Source of the DNA: Octopus vulgaris
Lineage: Eukaryota
DNA: 64,000 nucleotides
NCBI GenBank assembly: GCA_951406725.2
Contig: OX597818.1
Location: 84,878,001 to 84,942,000 of the forward strand
Direction: 5' to 3'
In this document: positions 1 to 12,512 of the stretch, piece after piece
How positions within the stretch are numbered: position 1 is the stretch's first letter
Layout: each line of letters begins with the position of its first letter
The notes under the pieces: model-generated
Told to the model about the DNA's origin: nothing
Database searches by the model: none
What the model saw: only the letters and a program-made list of their open reading frames with translations
Position numbers and translations under genes: made by a program

Positions 1-154
1 AAGTTGCATGCACCTACAAAAGTAAGTTACATGAGACACTGTGGTTAGAATTGTGAGTGATGTGATGTGATGCGAACTCACCACTCATAACCTGTTTTCT
101 GCTAAGTCAAATTGACTGGCGAAAATTCTGCGCTTGTAAGATAGCTGATTGTAA

Positions 155-370
155 GGTGGCGAGCTGGCAGAATCGTGAACACGCCGGTCAAAATGCTTCG
201 TGGTTCTTCGTCCGTTTTTACGTTCTGAGTTCAAGATTCCGCCGAGGTCGACTTTGCCTTTCATACCTTCGGTATCGACAAAATAAGTACCAGTTGAATC
301 CAGAGGTCGATGTAATCGACTAGTCTCCCTCCACCCAAATTTCAGCCCTTGTGCCTATGGTAGCAAGGAT
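155..370 (+). mobile_element. tRNA-derived SINE family 1 (tail variant a, ending in (ATT)n)
   Basis: A-box-like TGGCAGAATCG, B-box-like GAGTTCAAGATTCC, central block GCCTTTCAT-CCTTCGG-TCGA-AAA-AAGTACCAG; about 20 similar copies in the window. Confidence 0.85.
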
Positions 371-386
371 TATTATTATTATTATT

Positions 387-886
387 CTATGTTTGACTTT
401 TGCTTTATGTCTGTACAAGTTGGCTCCAAGTCTCATCCAGAGACCTCGAGAGACAACAGGTTGGAAGTTCACGTTGTTGTTATGCCTAGTGTGCCATATA
501 TTTGGTTGTTCTTTTTTTGGGTGTTGTACTAGTGGATGTCTAAAAAAAAAAATATGTTTGTTTTAAACCTTGAGATTACATAGAAAGTATTTTGCGTAGG
601 ATATGAGCAGTTCCCATGAGCACTATATTTTGAATTTTTGGGTTTCCTGGTATCTGAGTTAGGTAGCAATCAGCCCCTTTTGCTATTATTCCCAGGGCAC
701 CTATGACAACAGGTATTGTTTTAGTCTTCAGGTTCCACATTTTGCTGAATTCTATTTCAAGATCTTTATATTTGCTCAGTTTTTGGTTGGTCTTGACAGA
801 TACGTTTATATCGATTGGGACAGTCATATCAATGAGGAGGCATGTTCTTTGTCTGAAGTCTTTCAATATGATGTCTGGCCTATTTG

Positions 887-889
<3 letters not shown>
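387..889 (-). mobile_element. 5'-truncated R4/Dong-clade LINE, family B (endonuclease end plus 3' UTR)
   Basis: ORF 576..1001 has RPDII...LIDMTVP...KYKDLEIE...PVVIGALG (PD-(D/E)xK restriction-like endonuclease); near-identical to 59143-59674; (TTA)n on both sides. Confidence 0.9.
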
Positions 890-932
<43 letters not shown>

Positions 933-933
<1 letters not shown>

Positions 934-1350
934 TCTCTTTTCTCTTTCTCTTTTTCTCTTTTACTTGTTTCAGTCATTTGACTGCGGCCATGGTGGAGCA
1001 CCGCCTTTAATCGAGCAACTCGACCCCGGAACTTATTCTTTGTAAGCCCAGTACTTATTCTATCGGTCTCTTTTTTGCCGAACCGCTAAGTGACGGGGAC
1101 GTAAACACACCAGCATCGGTTGTCAAGCGACGCTAGGGGGACAAACACAGACACACAAACACACACACATATATATATACATATATACGACAGGCTTCTT
1201 TCAGTTTCCGTCTACCAAATCCACTCACAAGGCATTGGTCGGCCCGGGGCTATAGCAGAAGACACTTGCCCAAGATGCCACGCAGTGGGACTGAACCCGG
1301 AACCATGTGGTTGGTTAGCAAGCTACTTACCACACAGCCACTCCTGCGCC
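933..1350 (-). mobile_element. tRNA-derived SINE family 2, full length
   Basis: Minus-strand head GGCGCAGGAGTGGCTGTGTGG (A box)...GGTTCAGTCC (B box), internal (TA/TG)n, 3' end ...CATGGCCGCAGTCAAATGACTGAAACAAGTAAAAGAG; near-identical copy at 6830-7270. Confidence 0.85.
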
Positions 1351-1382
1351 TATTATTATTATTATTATTATTATTATAATTA

Positions 1383-1450
<68 letters not shown>

Positions 1451-1462
1451 CATCATCATCAT

Positions 1463-1695
<233 letters not shown>

Positions 1696-1717
1696 CATTA
1701 TTATTATTATTATTATT

Positions 1718-2426
1718 GGAGTTGTATTACGGTGCCAGCTGTTCACTACCAATGAACTAAGGTAACACACCTTATTTTTCGAGTACCATCCAGAGTATTC
1801 GAGCGGTTCCAAGCAATGCTGTTTTCTGCAAGTGCTCCATCCTTATTGCAGCCCCTATTTGTTCCATGTGCTTCTCAAGATTTTTACTCACTATTTCCAG
1901 GGCTCCGACAATTATTGATACTACTACCACTTTTTTCATCGACCACAACTGCTTAACCTCCCAAGCTAACCTGTCATATCTTTCGACTTTCTTTCTTATC
2001 GCATAGCTTGTTGTCAGCCGGGCATGCTATATCTATGATCCAGCATCGTTTGCTTTCTTTCTCAACACTATATCTGGTTTCCTATTCTCTATCTCACGGT
2101 CGCACTGAATCCTAAAATCCCATAGGATCTTTGCATTATCATTTTCGTTGATGATTTCGTACCACTTTTTTGCTGTGTCAAGTCCCTACTTGTTGAAAAG
2201 TGTCCAATGGACAATCCTTGCTATATTGTCATGACGTATCTTATATTCTTTCTGGGCTAGTGGCATACATTGACTGGTAATATGCCATACAGTTTTACCA
2301 TTTTGCCCACAAATTCTGCACTTATCACTTTCTGATGTTTTGTCTATTCTGTTTTTGATGTAACTGTTTCTTAATGCTTGCTCTTGGGCAGCACAGATTA
2401 GTGCCTCCGTTTCCGGTTTTAAATCA

Positions 2427-2428
<2 letters not shown>
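1718..2428 (-). mobile_element. 5'-truncated, decayed R4/Dong LINE family D
   Basis: Minus-strand translation gives ICAAQEQALR, CRICGQNG..HITSQC (CCHC), RHDNIARIVHW, KILWDF, RKPDIV, IVGALG, LQKTALLGTARI; (TTA)n on both flanks. Confidence 0.85.
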
Positions 2429-2502
<74 letters not shown>

Positions 2503-2522
2503 TATTATTATTATTATTATTC

Positions 2523-2740
2523 AGGCAGTGAGCTAGCAGAATCGTTGGCACACCTGACAAAATGCTTCGCGTCGTTTCTTCCGGGTTTTACGTTCTGATA
2601 TCAAACACCTCCGAGGTCGACTCTGCTTTTCATCCTTTCAGGGTCGATAAAACAAACACCAGTTGAGCTCTGGGGTCAATGTAATCGACTAGCCTCCTCC
2701 CACCAAAATTTTAGGCCTTGTGCTAAGAGTGAAAAGAAAA
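2523..2740 (+). mobile_element. SINE family 1 copy (diverged)
   Basis: Same head and central block as 155-370. Confidence 0.75.
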
Positions 2741-3631
2741 AAAAATTATATAATTGCCTATTACAATTAATTTCACAAGAAAACTGATTGGTATATATGC
2801 TTAAAGATTGTTGTAAGATATTCTGTGCCTCTGCTCACAAATTTTAAGAAATTGTTGTAACAAATTCAGAGCCCAGATTAACAAAAACGAAAAAGAAAAA
2901 AGAATCTTCAGTGAAATGTTTGAACTAATAACCTATGAGCCAGCAAACCAATATTTTATCGAGTTAACAAGTACAGAAGCCCCCGTTGATTCGTCATACA
3001 ATCAGCAAGGGTTATCGTAGTTTTATAAAAGAAAAAGAAAATGAGAGTTATTTTAAGAGGAAATACCACATGTAAACGTTGAGATTGGCAGCTGAAGAGA
3101 ACATGTCGATAGCATGATAAGAACATTATTAAAATATGTTAAACTACAGCTATCTGTAGTTTGGACGAACTTAATCTGCCGTTAATCAAGCGAGAACATA
3201 AAGTTACATGTTTTCATTCCATCTTGCACGAAAGAGAAAGAATTTACAGAGCCAAACCAAATGTGGTTCCTGGTAAATTATTAATTTTTAGCAGAGGCAA
3301 AATGGCGCTTAATTTTTAGCGATAGGAGAGTGAAGGCGGAATAATTGATGAAATCCCTACCAGTATTTGACCTGTAGATATTTTATCGATTCACGTAAAG
3401 TCGACAAGGGCGGGATTTGAACTCTGTTCGTAAGAGGTTAATAAGGCCACTGAAGAAAGCTAAATGAGACTGGTGTCTTTTAGTTTTTATCTTTTACCTG
3501 CTTCAATCATGGGGCTGCGGCCACGCTGGAGTAGCACTTTGATGCGTTCAGTCGAACAAATCCAACTCAGTACTTACATATTTTTAAAGTGTGGTACGTA
3601 TTCTATCGGTTTTTTGTACCACGCTGCTAAG

Positions 3632-3694
<63 letters not shown>

Positions 3695-3751
3695 CATATA
3701 TGTATATATATATATATACTTTATTTAAAAGCAGCAGAAATATAACAAAAG

Positions 3752-3789
3752 CTGTTACTCAGAGTTTCACGTTCCCGTTCGTCGGACAG
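3752..3789 (-). ncRNA. Minimal type I hammerhead ribozyme-like motif (U4C variant)
   Basis: Minus strand CTGT-CCGACGA-ACG GGAA CGT-GAAA-CTC T GAG-TA-ACAG: helix I CTGT/ACAG, helix II ACG/CGT, near-palindromic helix III, GUA site. Confidence 0.6.
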
Positions 3790-3880
3790 TTTCTCCTGCT
3801 TTTAAATAAAGAATATTACTCTACCTCTGGTATTTGAGAACTCTTTTTTCTACCTTGTTTCACATTTATGTGCTTCCTCC

Positions 3881-3924
<44 letters not shown>

Positions 3925-3927
<3 letters not shown>

Positions 3928-4136
3928 TCTTTTACTCTTTTACTTGTTTCAGTCATTTCACTTTGGCCATGCTGAAGCACCACCTTTAGTCGACCAAATC
4001 GACCCCAGGACTTATTCTTTGGATGCCTAGTACTTATTCTGTCGGTCTCTTTTGCTGAACCGTTAATGTTACGTAAACACAACACCATTGGTTGTAAAGC
4101 AATGTTTGGGGGACAAACACAGACACACAAACATAT

Positions 4137-4169
<33 letters not shown>

Positions 4170-4286
4170 CATATATGCAACGGGCTTCTTTCAGTTTCTG
4201 TCTACCAAATCCACTAACAAGGCTTTGGTCGGCCCGAGGCTATAGTAGAAGACACTTTCCCAAGGTGCCACGCAGTGAGACTGAAC
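3925..4286 (-). mobile_element. SINE family 2 copy, head truncated
   Basis: Colinear with 933-1350. Confidence 0.8.
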
Positions 4287-4326
4287 AGTCGTACTGCATC
4301 ACTTCTTGATATCCTGTTGCTTATAC

Positions 4327-4379
<53 letters not shown>

Positions 4380-4382
<3 letters not shown>

Positions 4383-4507
4383 GGTGCCCCAAAAAAATGT
4401 ATACACATAGTGGTTCGGCAAAAGAGAACGATAGAATAAGTATTAGCCTTACAAAGAATAACAAATTTACAACTATTTAAGGTGTGTATACATTTTTTGG
4501 GGACACC

Positions 4508-4510
<3 letters not shown>
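4380..4510. mobile_element. Tc1/mariner-type MITE
   Basis: About 27 bp TIRs CAGGGTGCCCCAAAAAAATGTATACAC / GTGTATACATTTTTTGGGGACACCCTG, flanked by TA inside a (TA)n tract. Confidence 0.85.
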
Positions 4511-4563
<53 letters not shown>

Positions 4564-5867
4564 GACAGGCTTCCATACAATTTTCGTCAACCAAATTCGC
4601 TCACAAAGCATTGTTCGGCCTGGTGCTATGGTAGAAGACACTTGACCAAGGTGCCAACCAGTGGGTTGAGCGTTGGGTTGTGATCTTGAGCAAAACATTT
4701 CATTTCACTGCGAACTTTTATTCAATTTTCATACTAGATAAACTAAGATGGTTTCCTGTTAAGGGAATTTTAACTGGCATTTTTAGCATTCGAAGCAATC
4801 ATGGGGAAATTCCTCCATTGGCTCAAATGAATGCAACTGAAATGTCTCCATATGTCGTGTATTATTACATTCTTTCAAATTCTATCACCAAGGTCTTTAT
4901 ATTGTCGTTCTATGAATATGTGAGAGTATTAACTGTGTGTATATATGTGTATGCATGTGTGTACAAGTATATATGTGTATCTGCGTATGTGGATGTCTGT
5001 TTATCTGCGTATATATATGTGTTTGTGTCTATGTGTGCATGCGAGTGTAAGTTCATCTGCGTATGTGTATGCGTGCGTGTGACGTGTATGTATGTGTGAA
5101 CAGCATGCCACAGCTTAGATAGATCAGAATTGGGCCCTTAAGACCCGTGATACCTCTGGGCAACTGCCGATTGAGCCCATACTTTAAGACGGTTCTGCTT
5201 GCAAGCATCGAAGGTGTTGAGGTTATTTTAGGATTCCACACTCGTAACGATGTGAAACACAAGCGCCGTTCACCTTCTCTAGTCGAAAACAGATTTTTTT
5301 GCTTTTTATTGTTGTTTATTTAATTTATTGAATCTTAACTTTGTTACTTCCATGGCTGAAACACTAAGCTCTCAACGACCCAATCCGTCAAACTGTGTGT
5401 ATGACTTCACTGGATGGTGTACTGTTGGTCACTACTGTTAGCATCGAAGCCATATGAATTGGTGACTGGTCAATTTCGTTAGCTTGCTTGCTTGTAAAAA
5501 AAAAGCCGAACCAGCAGAATCGTTAGCACGCCGGATAAAATACTTAGCGGCATTTCTTCCGGCTCTAACCGTTGTGAATTTAAATACCGCAGTGGTTAAA
5601 TTTGCCTTTCATCCTTTCTGGATCAATAAAATAAAGCACCAGTCAAGTACTGAGATTGATGTATCCAACTAATTTTCTGTCTCTAAAATTGCTGGCTTTG
5701 CGCCAAAGTTCGAAACAGTTTCGTTCGTATGCTGTGAGCGAAGTTCAAGTCCTTCAGTGAAGAGAGCAACTTTCATTAACCGAGTGTTCTAAGTAGATAG
5801 GTTGTTTTTTTTTCTGTTAATATAAAATTTAATGCTACAAACATCGAGATTAATTGAGATGACGAGT

Positions 5868-6310
5868 AGGGAAAGAAAGAAAGAAAGAAAAAAAGAAGGA
5901 AGGAAGGAAGGAAGGAAGGAAGGAAGGAAGGAAGGAAGGAAGGAAGGGAGGAAGGAAGGGAGGGAGGAAGGAAGGGAGGAAGGAAGGAAGGAAAAGAAGG
6001 AAGGAAGGAAGGAAGGAAGGAAGGAAGGAAGGAAGGAAGGAAGGAAGGGAGGAAGGAAGGGAGGAAGGAAGGAAGGAAGGGAGGAAGGAAGGAAGGAAGG
6101 GAGGGAGGAAGGAAGGAAGGAAGGAAGGGAGGGAGGAAGGAAGGAAGGAAAGAAGGAAGGAAGGAAGGAAGGGAGGGAGGGAGGAAGGAAGGAAGGAAGG
6201 AAGGAAGGAAGGGAGGAAGGAAGGGAGGAAGGAAGGAAGGAAGGAAGGAAGGAAGGAAGGAAGGAAGGAAGGAAGGAAGGAAGGAAGGAAAAGAAAGAAG
6301 GAAAGGAAAA
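5868..6310. repeat. Degenerate (GGAA)n purine tract
   Basis: About 440 bp of only A/G on the + strand. Confidence 0.95.
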
Positions 6311-6829
6311 TCAAACCCAACGAATTCAGAAAAAATATTAACTAAATTCAGTCACGTGTTTCAAACCACTCCCACTGCGTTACATCTTACATCATTCCAT
6401 TCCTCCTTGACATATCCAACAGCTGGGTTTTTAATTAATCAGCAGAAATCATTGTTTACATTAACTTGATATTACTAATTAAAGTCAATTATGAGAAAAC
6501 ATTTTCTAAATAAGAATGCTTAAATACTGATATGAGAACCAAAATATTTACTGCACTAATTAACCTTATTATCATAATGATTTAAATTAACGTGGCTGTT
6601 CGTTAAAATAATTTAGCAACTGCCATTTTGTTTCCAAATAATTGAAATGTCTCTGAGGCTGATAATGTAACAGAAAAGTTAGAGCACCACATGATCAGAA
6701 TCGGTAGAACGGTGTGTAAAATTCTTTGCAGTGTTTCGTCATGTTCTTGCACGTCTTGAGACAGAGAACTGAGAACTGGGGTTAATATTGCCTTTCATCC
6801 ATCGATAAAATAATATACTTGCTAATTCT

Positions 6830-7043
6830 TTCTCTTTTACTCTTTTACTTGTTTCAGTCATTTGACTGCGGCCATGCTGGAGCACCGCCTTTAGTCGAGC
6901 AAATCGACCCCCGGGACTCTTATTCTTTGTAAGCCCAGTACTTATTCTATCGGTCTCTTTTGCCGAACCGCTAGGGGACGGGGACGTAAACACACCAGCA
7001 TCGGTTGTCAAGCAATGCTACAGGGACAAACACAGACACACAA

Positions 7044-7106
<63 letters not shown>

Positions 7107-7270
7107 TACGACAGGCTTCTTTCAGTTTCCGTCTACCAAATCCACTCACAAGGCATTGGTCGGCCCGGGGCTATAGCAGAAGACACTTGCCCAAGATGCC
7201 ACGCAGTGGGACTGAACCCGAAACAATGTGGCTGGTTAGCAAGCTACTTACCACACAGCCACTCCTGCGC
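6830..7270 (-). mobile_element. SINE family 2, full length
   Basis: Near-identical to 933-1350. Confidence 0.85.
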
Positions 7271-7815
7271 TAAGTAAAGGATTTTTTGTTGTATTGTGCT
7301 AATTTTTAAAAATAATGATAAGGATTTCTAACGTAAGAGTCTTCCTCTATTAATAGTTCCGAGTGAAAAGTAGAACATTCTATTACAGATATTTTATTTT
7401 AACAATTTTAAATAAAAGACCGGAAGCTATGATGCCTTGTAGACATTCCTATCGCTATTAATTTAGTATTTTCAAACTATGCACATATCCACTCATCTAC
7501 AGGCTTTGTTAGATCATGCTCTGCTGACAAAGTTAAAGAGACTGAAAAAATATGACCATACTTATTCCTTGCTTGCAAACAAAGGCAAAATCGCTAGCAC
7601 GCAGGGCGAACTGTTTGCGGTATTTCGTCCAGCGTCACATTCTGAGTTCAAATTCCGCCAAGGTCGACTCTGCTTTTCATACATTCGGGTTCGATAAACT
7701 AAGTACCAATTGAGTACTGGGATCAATGTAATGATCTCAGATTCTGCCCGAAATGACTGGCCTTGTGACATTATTATTATTATTATTGTTGTTGTTGTTG
7801 TTGTTGTTGCTGTTG

Positions 7816-7861
<46 letters not shown>

Positions 7862-7879
7862 CATTATTATTATTATTAT

Positions 7880-8705
7880 CTCTTTATCACAGGTTTTGTT
7901 GGAGCTCCTGAAGTCTTGCAGCGTAGCTGGCTTACTACTTGTAACCTACAGTGCCATGCTATTCTTTAAAGCTATCTAATACTTCCCTGATTATTCTGGC
8001 CGTGCCAAGGCAGCAAAACTTTTGTAACAGTTCTACTGGGCACTCCATTCCAATTTCCTTTATATTCCTCTTAATGACTTCTGATATTGTTCCCAAGGAC
8101 CCAACAATAACTGGTACTATCTTCATCTTCTTCATTTTCCATAGCCGGGCTATTTCGTACCTAAGAGGGATGTATCTATCTATCTTTTTGCCTTCCTTCT
8201 TGACAATTCGTGGGTCAAAGGGACATGCAACATCAACTATATAGCATATGTGGTGCACCTTGTCCACCACCACAAGGCCGGTCCCTTGTACTTTAACACC
8301 TGATCTGTTTGGATTGGGAAATCCCAGAGGATTTTGCTAGTTTCGGACTCTGCCACTCTTTGAGGTTTTTTCTCATACCACGTCTTGCTTCTCTCTAGTC
8401 CCCACTTTTCGCACAATTTCCACTGTAGCACTTTCGCTATCTGATCGTATCGCCACAACTTTTAGTTGTTTATGGGCAATGGTTTCATCCACTTTATTGC
8501 AGATGCATCACAGTTGAGACACTTTCTCATTCCTCAGGTTGACTCTGTAGTTCGTGGCCAGAGCTTGGTCCTGCACTGCCAGTATGATGCTCTTGGTCTT
8601 TTTTTTTAGTGTTCCTCTCATCAGCCAATTCCACCTATTTTTCCAGCAAGGTGGACATAAAGGACCTTCAGAAGGATTTGTCTTGTCGGAAACCTGCAAA
8701 GTCAT
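7880..8705 (-). mobile_element. 5'-truncated, frameshifted R4/Dong LINE family C
   Basis: ORFs 8508..8705 (ILAVQDQALATNY), 8237..8458 (VLQWKLC...KILWDFPIQTD), 7959..8273 (DVACPFD...EIARLW...PVIVGSLG...LGTARII); 3' end abuts (TTA)n. Confidence 0.85.
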
Positions 8706-9536
8706 ATTACAGGGAAGGTTTGAACCAGAAGAAAACCTTTCTTCCCCTGTCTAGCTCTGCTCAGGGTAACACGGTCCTAGTTAACCTTGGTGACGACCCA
8801 TCCAGCAAAGATTCTGCGTTGTTGAGTTTTGGTTTATTTCTATAAGAAGAACGTTGGTATTAGGAGACGGGTCTGAGTGTTTAACAGAACACCGCTTGTA
8901 AGTTCTTTGAATGGATATGTTTCTCATATCGTAATCGCATGAGGCTTCCAGAAGGATATTCACCTCTAATTTTTTTCTTGTCTTTTATTTTTTATTTTTT
9001 GTTTTTTGTTAGATGTATCTTCGAGCATGACAGTCTATTGGTGATTTAAATTCAGTGATTATTTGCTCTTTTTGTGTGTCTTCGTGAAAAGTCGTTTTGT
9101 TGCCTTCTTTTGCTTAGCTCTTGACACGTGTTTTTTTGTACGGAAATGTGTGTCGTGTAAACATTATTTACGTAGTGTATAAGTATTAACATATGTACAT
9201 GCATGCATAGATAGTTGGATGTACACGTAGCTAATTAATTTACGTACTTTGTGCATCTAACTGATTTATCCCGAGGTTCCTGATGTCGATTTCGATTTTT
9301 CGATTTTTCGCACGTGTCACACAGCGGTATGTTAGAAAAAACACGCTTTATCTAAAAATAATTTTGTTCGTTTTTTTTTTTCTTTTTAGTTGATTTGATT
9401 TATAAGAACATTTCCCTCAGATTTATAGCCAAGTTTTCTTTCCATTTCGTCTATGTTGTTGGGTAAAATTCATTCTGTGCAGAGAGCTTCTTGGTGTATC
9501 CTCATATTGTTATATAGCCAGGAGTTATACTTATTA

Positions 9537-9595
<59 letters not shown>

Positions 9596-9694
9596 TACTT
9601 GTTGCGCACTGGGGTCGATGTAATCGACTAGCCTCTTCCCCACAAAATTTTCAAGAACCCGAAATTGTTGGCATTGTCCCAACATTTCAAACCA

Positions 9695-9735
<41 letters not shown>

Positions 9736-10425
9736 GAGTGAGAGAGAAGTGCATGCCATCAAGGTGACACTGGGGTACAAAACCCAATATACCCATCATG
9801 ACTACCCGTCTAATAAGGGTACACCAAACATATGCATCATAACCATATGTGCGCAACATGGTGATCTCATATCAAGATAAACAGCGCATGACTTCGAAGG
9901 TGGGACCCAGTGAGAATTTTCTTCAGGTTCAGTAGCCCATCCCAGTCGAAAGGTCCCTAAATAAGGTTTGCTTAAGGATGATGAATGAAACACTGATACT
10001 TCCAGAGGTAAATTATTCAAACTATAAAGAATTCCTCTCAGCACATGGCTATGATGCTACCCCACTACTTCTGCTCGCGCTCAGAGGTGCACATATCTAT
10101 TTCTTTACTACCCACAAGGGGCTAAACACAGGGGGGGACAAACAAGGACAGATAAACGGATTAATTTGATTATATCGACCCCAGTGCGTAACAGGTACTT
10201 ATTTAATCGACCCCGAAAGGATGAAAGGCAAAGTCAACCTCGTCGGAATGTGAACTCAGAACGTAACGGCAGACGAAATACCACTTAGCATTTTGCCCAG
10301 CGCGTTAACGTTTCTGCCAACTCGCTCAGAGGTGCACATATCGTCAGCGACTAAGGGACATGCTCAACTGGTTAAATTTAAGCAACTGATAAGCAATTCT
10401 GTGTTATTGATCAAAACATTTTCTG
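9736..10425 (-). mobile_element. 5'-truncated copy of the ~550 bp TAA-associated non-coding element, interrupted by a SINE
   Basis: Reverse complement of part of 54803-55354; (TTA)n-type tracts on both sides. Confidence 0.85.
10098..10322 (-). mobile_element. SINE family 1 (tail variant b) with ~20 bp target-site duplication
   Basis: Direct repeat CGCTCAGAGGTGCACATATC at 10078-10097 and 10323-10342. Confidence 0.9.
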
Positions 10426-10452
10426 TTGTTATTACTGTTGTTGTTGTTGTTG

Positions 10453-10516
<64 letters not shown>

Positions 10517-10542
10517 CATTATTATTATTATTATTATTATTA

Positions 10543-10730
10543 AGGCGTGAGGTAGCAGAATCGTTAGCACACCGGACTAAATGCTTAGCCTTCAAGTTCT
10601 GAGTTCACAATTACACCGAGGTCGATTTTGCCTTTCATACTTTCGGGGTCGATAAAATAAGTACCAGTTGAATGTAATCGTCTCATCCCCTTCCCAAAAA
10701 CTGCTGCCCTTGTGGAAAAATTTGAAACCA
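10543..10730 (+). mobile_element. SINE family 1 copy
   Basis: Head and central block as in 155-370, with an internal deletion. Confidence 0.75.
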
Positions 10731-10733
10731 TTA

Positions 10734-10782
<49 letters not shown>

Positions 10783-10909
10783 CATCATCATCATCATCAT
10801 CATCATTATTATTATTGTTATTATTCAACGGTGGTACCTCAGCATGACCTCAGCTTTGAAGCTGAAGCAACTTAAAGAATTTAAAGAGTTAACGAATTAA
10901 AAAATTATT

Positions 10910-11305
10910 CATTTCTACTCTAGGCACACGGCCCGAAATTTTCGAGGAGGGGGCAATCGATTAGATCGACCCTAGTACTCAACTTGTACTTAATTTATCG
11001 ACCCCGAAAGGATGAAAAGCAAAGCCGACCTCGGCGGAATTTGAACTCATAACGTAAAAGTAAACGAAATACCGATTTCTTTATTACCCACAAGGGGCTA
11101 AACACAGAGGGGACAAACAAGGACAGACATAGGTATTAAGTCGATTACATCGACCCCAGTGCGTAACTGGTACTTAATTTATCGACCCCGAAAGGATGAA
11201 AGGCAAAGTCGACCTCGGCGGAATTTGAACTCACAACGTAACGCAGACGAAATACCGCTAAGCATTTTGCCCGGCGTGCTAACGATTCTGCCAGCTCGCC
11301 GCCTT
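10910..11305 (-). mobile_element. Tandem or nested pair of SINE family 1 copies (tail b unit plus tail a unit)
   Basis: Two successive central blocks; the same arrangement recurs at 23525-23965 and 39806-40220. Confidence 0.8.
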
Positions 11306-11328
11306 GGAATTAAAAAATATTATTATTA

Positions 11329-11530
11329 AGGCGGTAAGCTGGCAGAATCGTTAGCACGTTGAACGAAATGTTTGGCGGTATTTCACCCATCTTTACATTC
11401 TGGGTGAGGTCGACTTTGCCTTTCATCCTTTCGGATTCAGCAAATTAAGTACCAATTGTGTTCTAAGGTCGATCTAATCGATGGCCCTCTTCCCCAAAAA
11501 TTTCGGGCCTTATGCCTACATTATAAAATA
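11329..11530 (+). mobile_element. SINE family 1 copy
   Basis: GGCGGTAAGCTGGCAGAATCGTTAGCAC head and central block. Confidence 0.75.
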
Positions 11531-11540
11531 TTATAAAATA

Positions 11541-11571
<31 letters not shown>

Positions 11572-11582
11572 TATTATTATTA

Positions 11583-11626
<44 letters not shown>

Positions 11627-11657
11627 GCTATTGTTATTATTATTATTATTATCATCA

Positions 11658-11749
<92 letters not shown>

Positions 11750-12480
11750 GCTGCTGTTGCTGTTGTATACGTACGTTATGCATGCATTTAACTCATACTT
11801 TTCGACATGCACATGTCTAAAGGTACATTTGCTGTTCTTCTTACATATGCTAGCGATTGGAATGAGTGGGTTGTTGACCTCCTATTGATGTAGCGGCTTT
11901 CATTAATGCTTTCATATTGAACATGTTTCATACAAACTTTACACATTACTGTTCCCTTACATGAAAGAATCTGATACCTGACTGTTACTTAAAGGTGTCC
12001 CTAGGGGGTCTCATTACACTATCCTACAAATCCGCCCTTAAAGCATTTCCTTCCATCTTTCTCTCTTTCTCATTAGCACGCGCACACACACACACACTCA
12101 CACACACATACATACACATAAATACATGCGTATATACATACATATATACATACATGCATACGCACACATGCTTCAGTTCTTATACATTCATTTTATTCAT
12201 TCTTATACATACACACAAATATGCGCTTTCACTCTCTCTCTCTCTCTCTTTCTCTTTCAACCTCTTACTCTCTTTTTCCCTCATTCTTTTTTCCTTTAGC
12301 CCCCTCCCGTTCTTCTCTCTCTCTCTCTCTCTCAGTTTCACTATGGCACGCTACTTTTCATTTATATATGCTAGTATATCTATATATATAACGGAAGGTT
12401 ATATATATGAATACATACACGCATTGAAACATTGATACATTCATACATTTTCAACAACGTATTTAATTTATATTTACAGG

Positions 12481-12512
<32 letters not shown>

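Noticed and set aside
1280-1350. tRNA-like sequences with A and B boxes (also ~155, 25480, 26134, 34040)
   Set aside because: They are heads of multicopy SINEs that continue into SINE bodies; no complete cloverleaf
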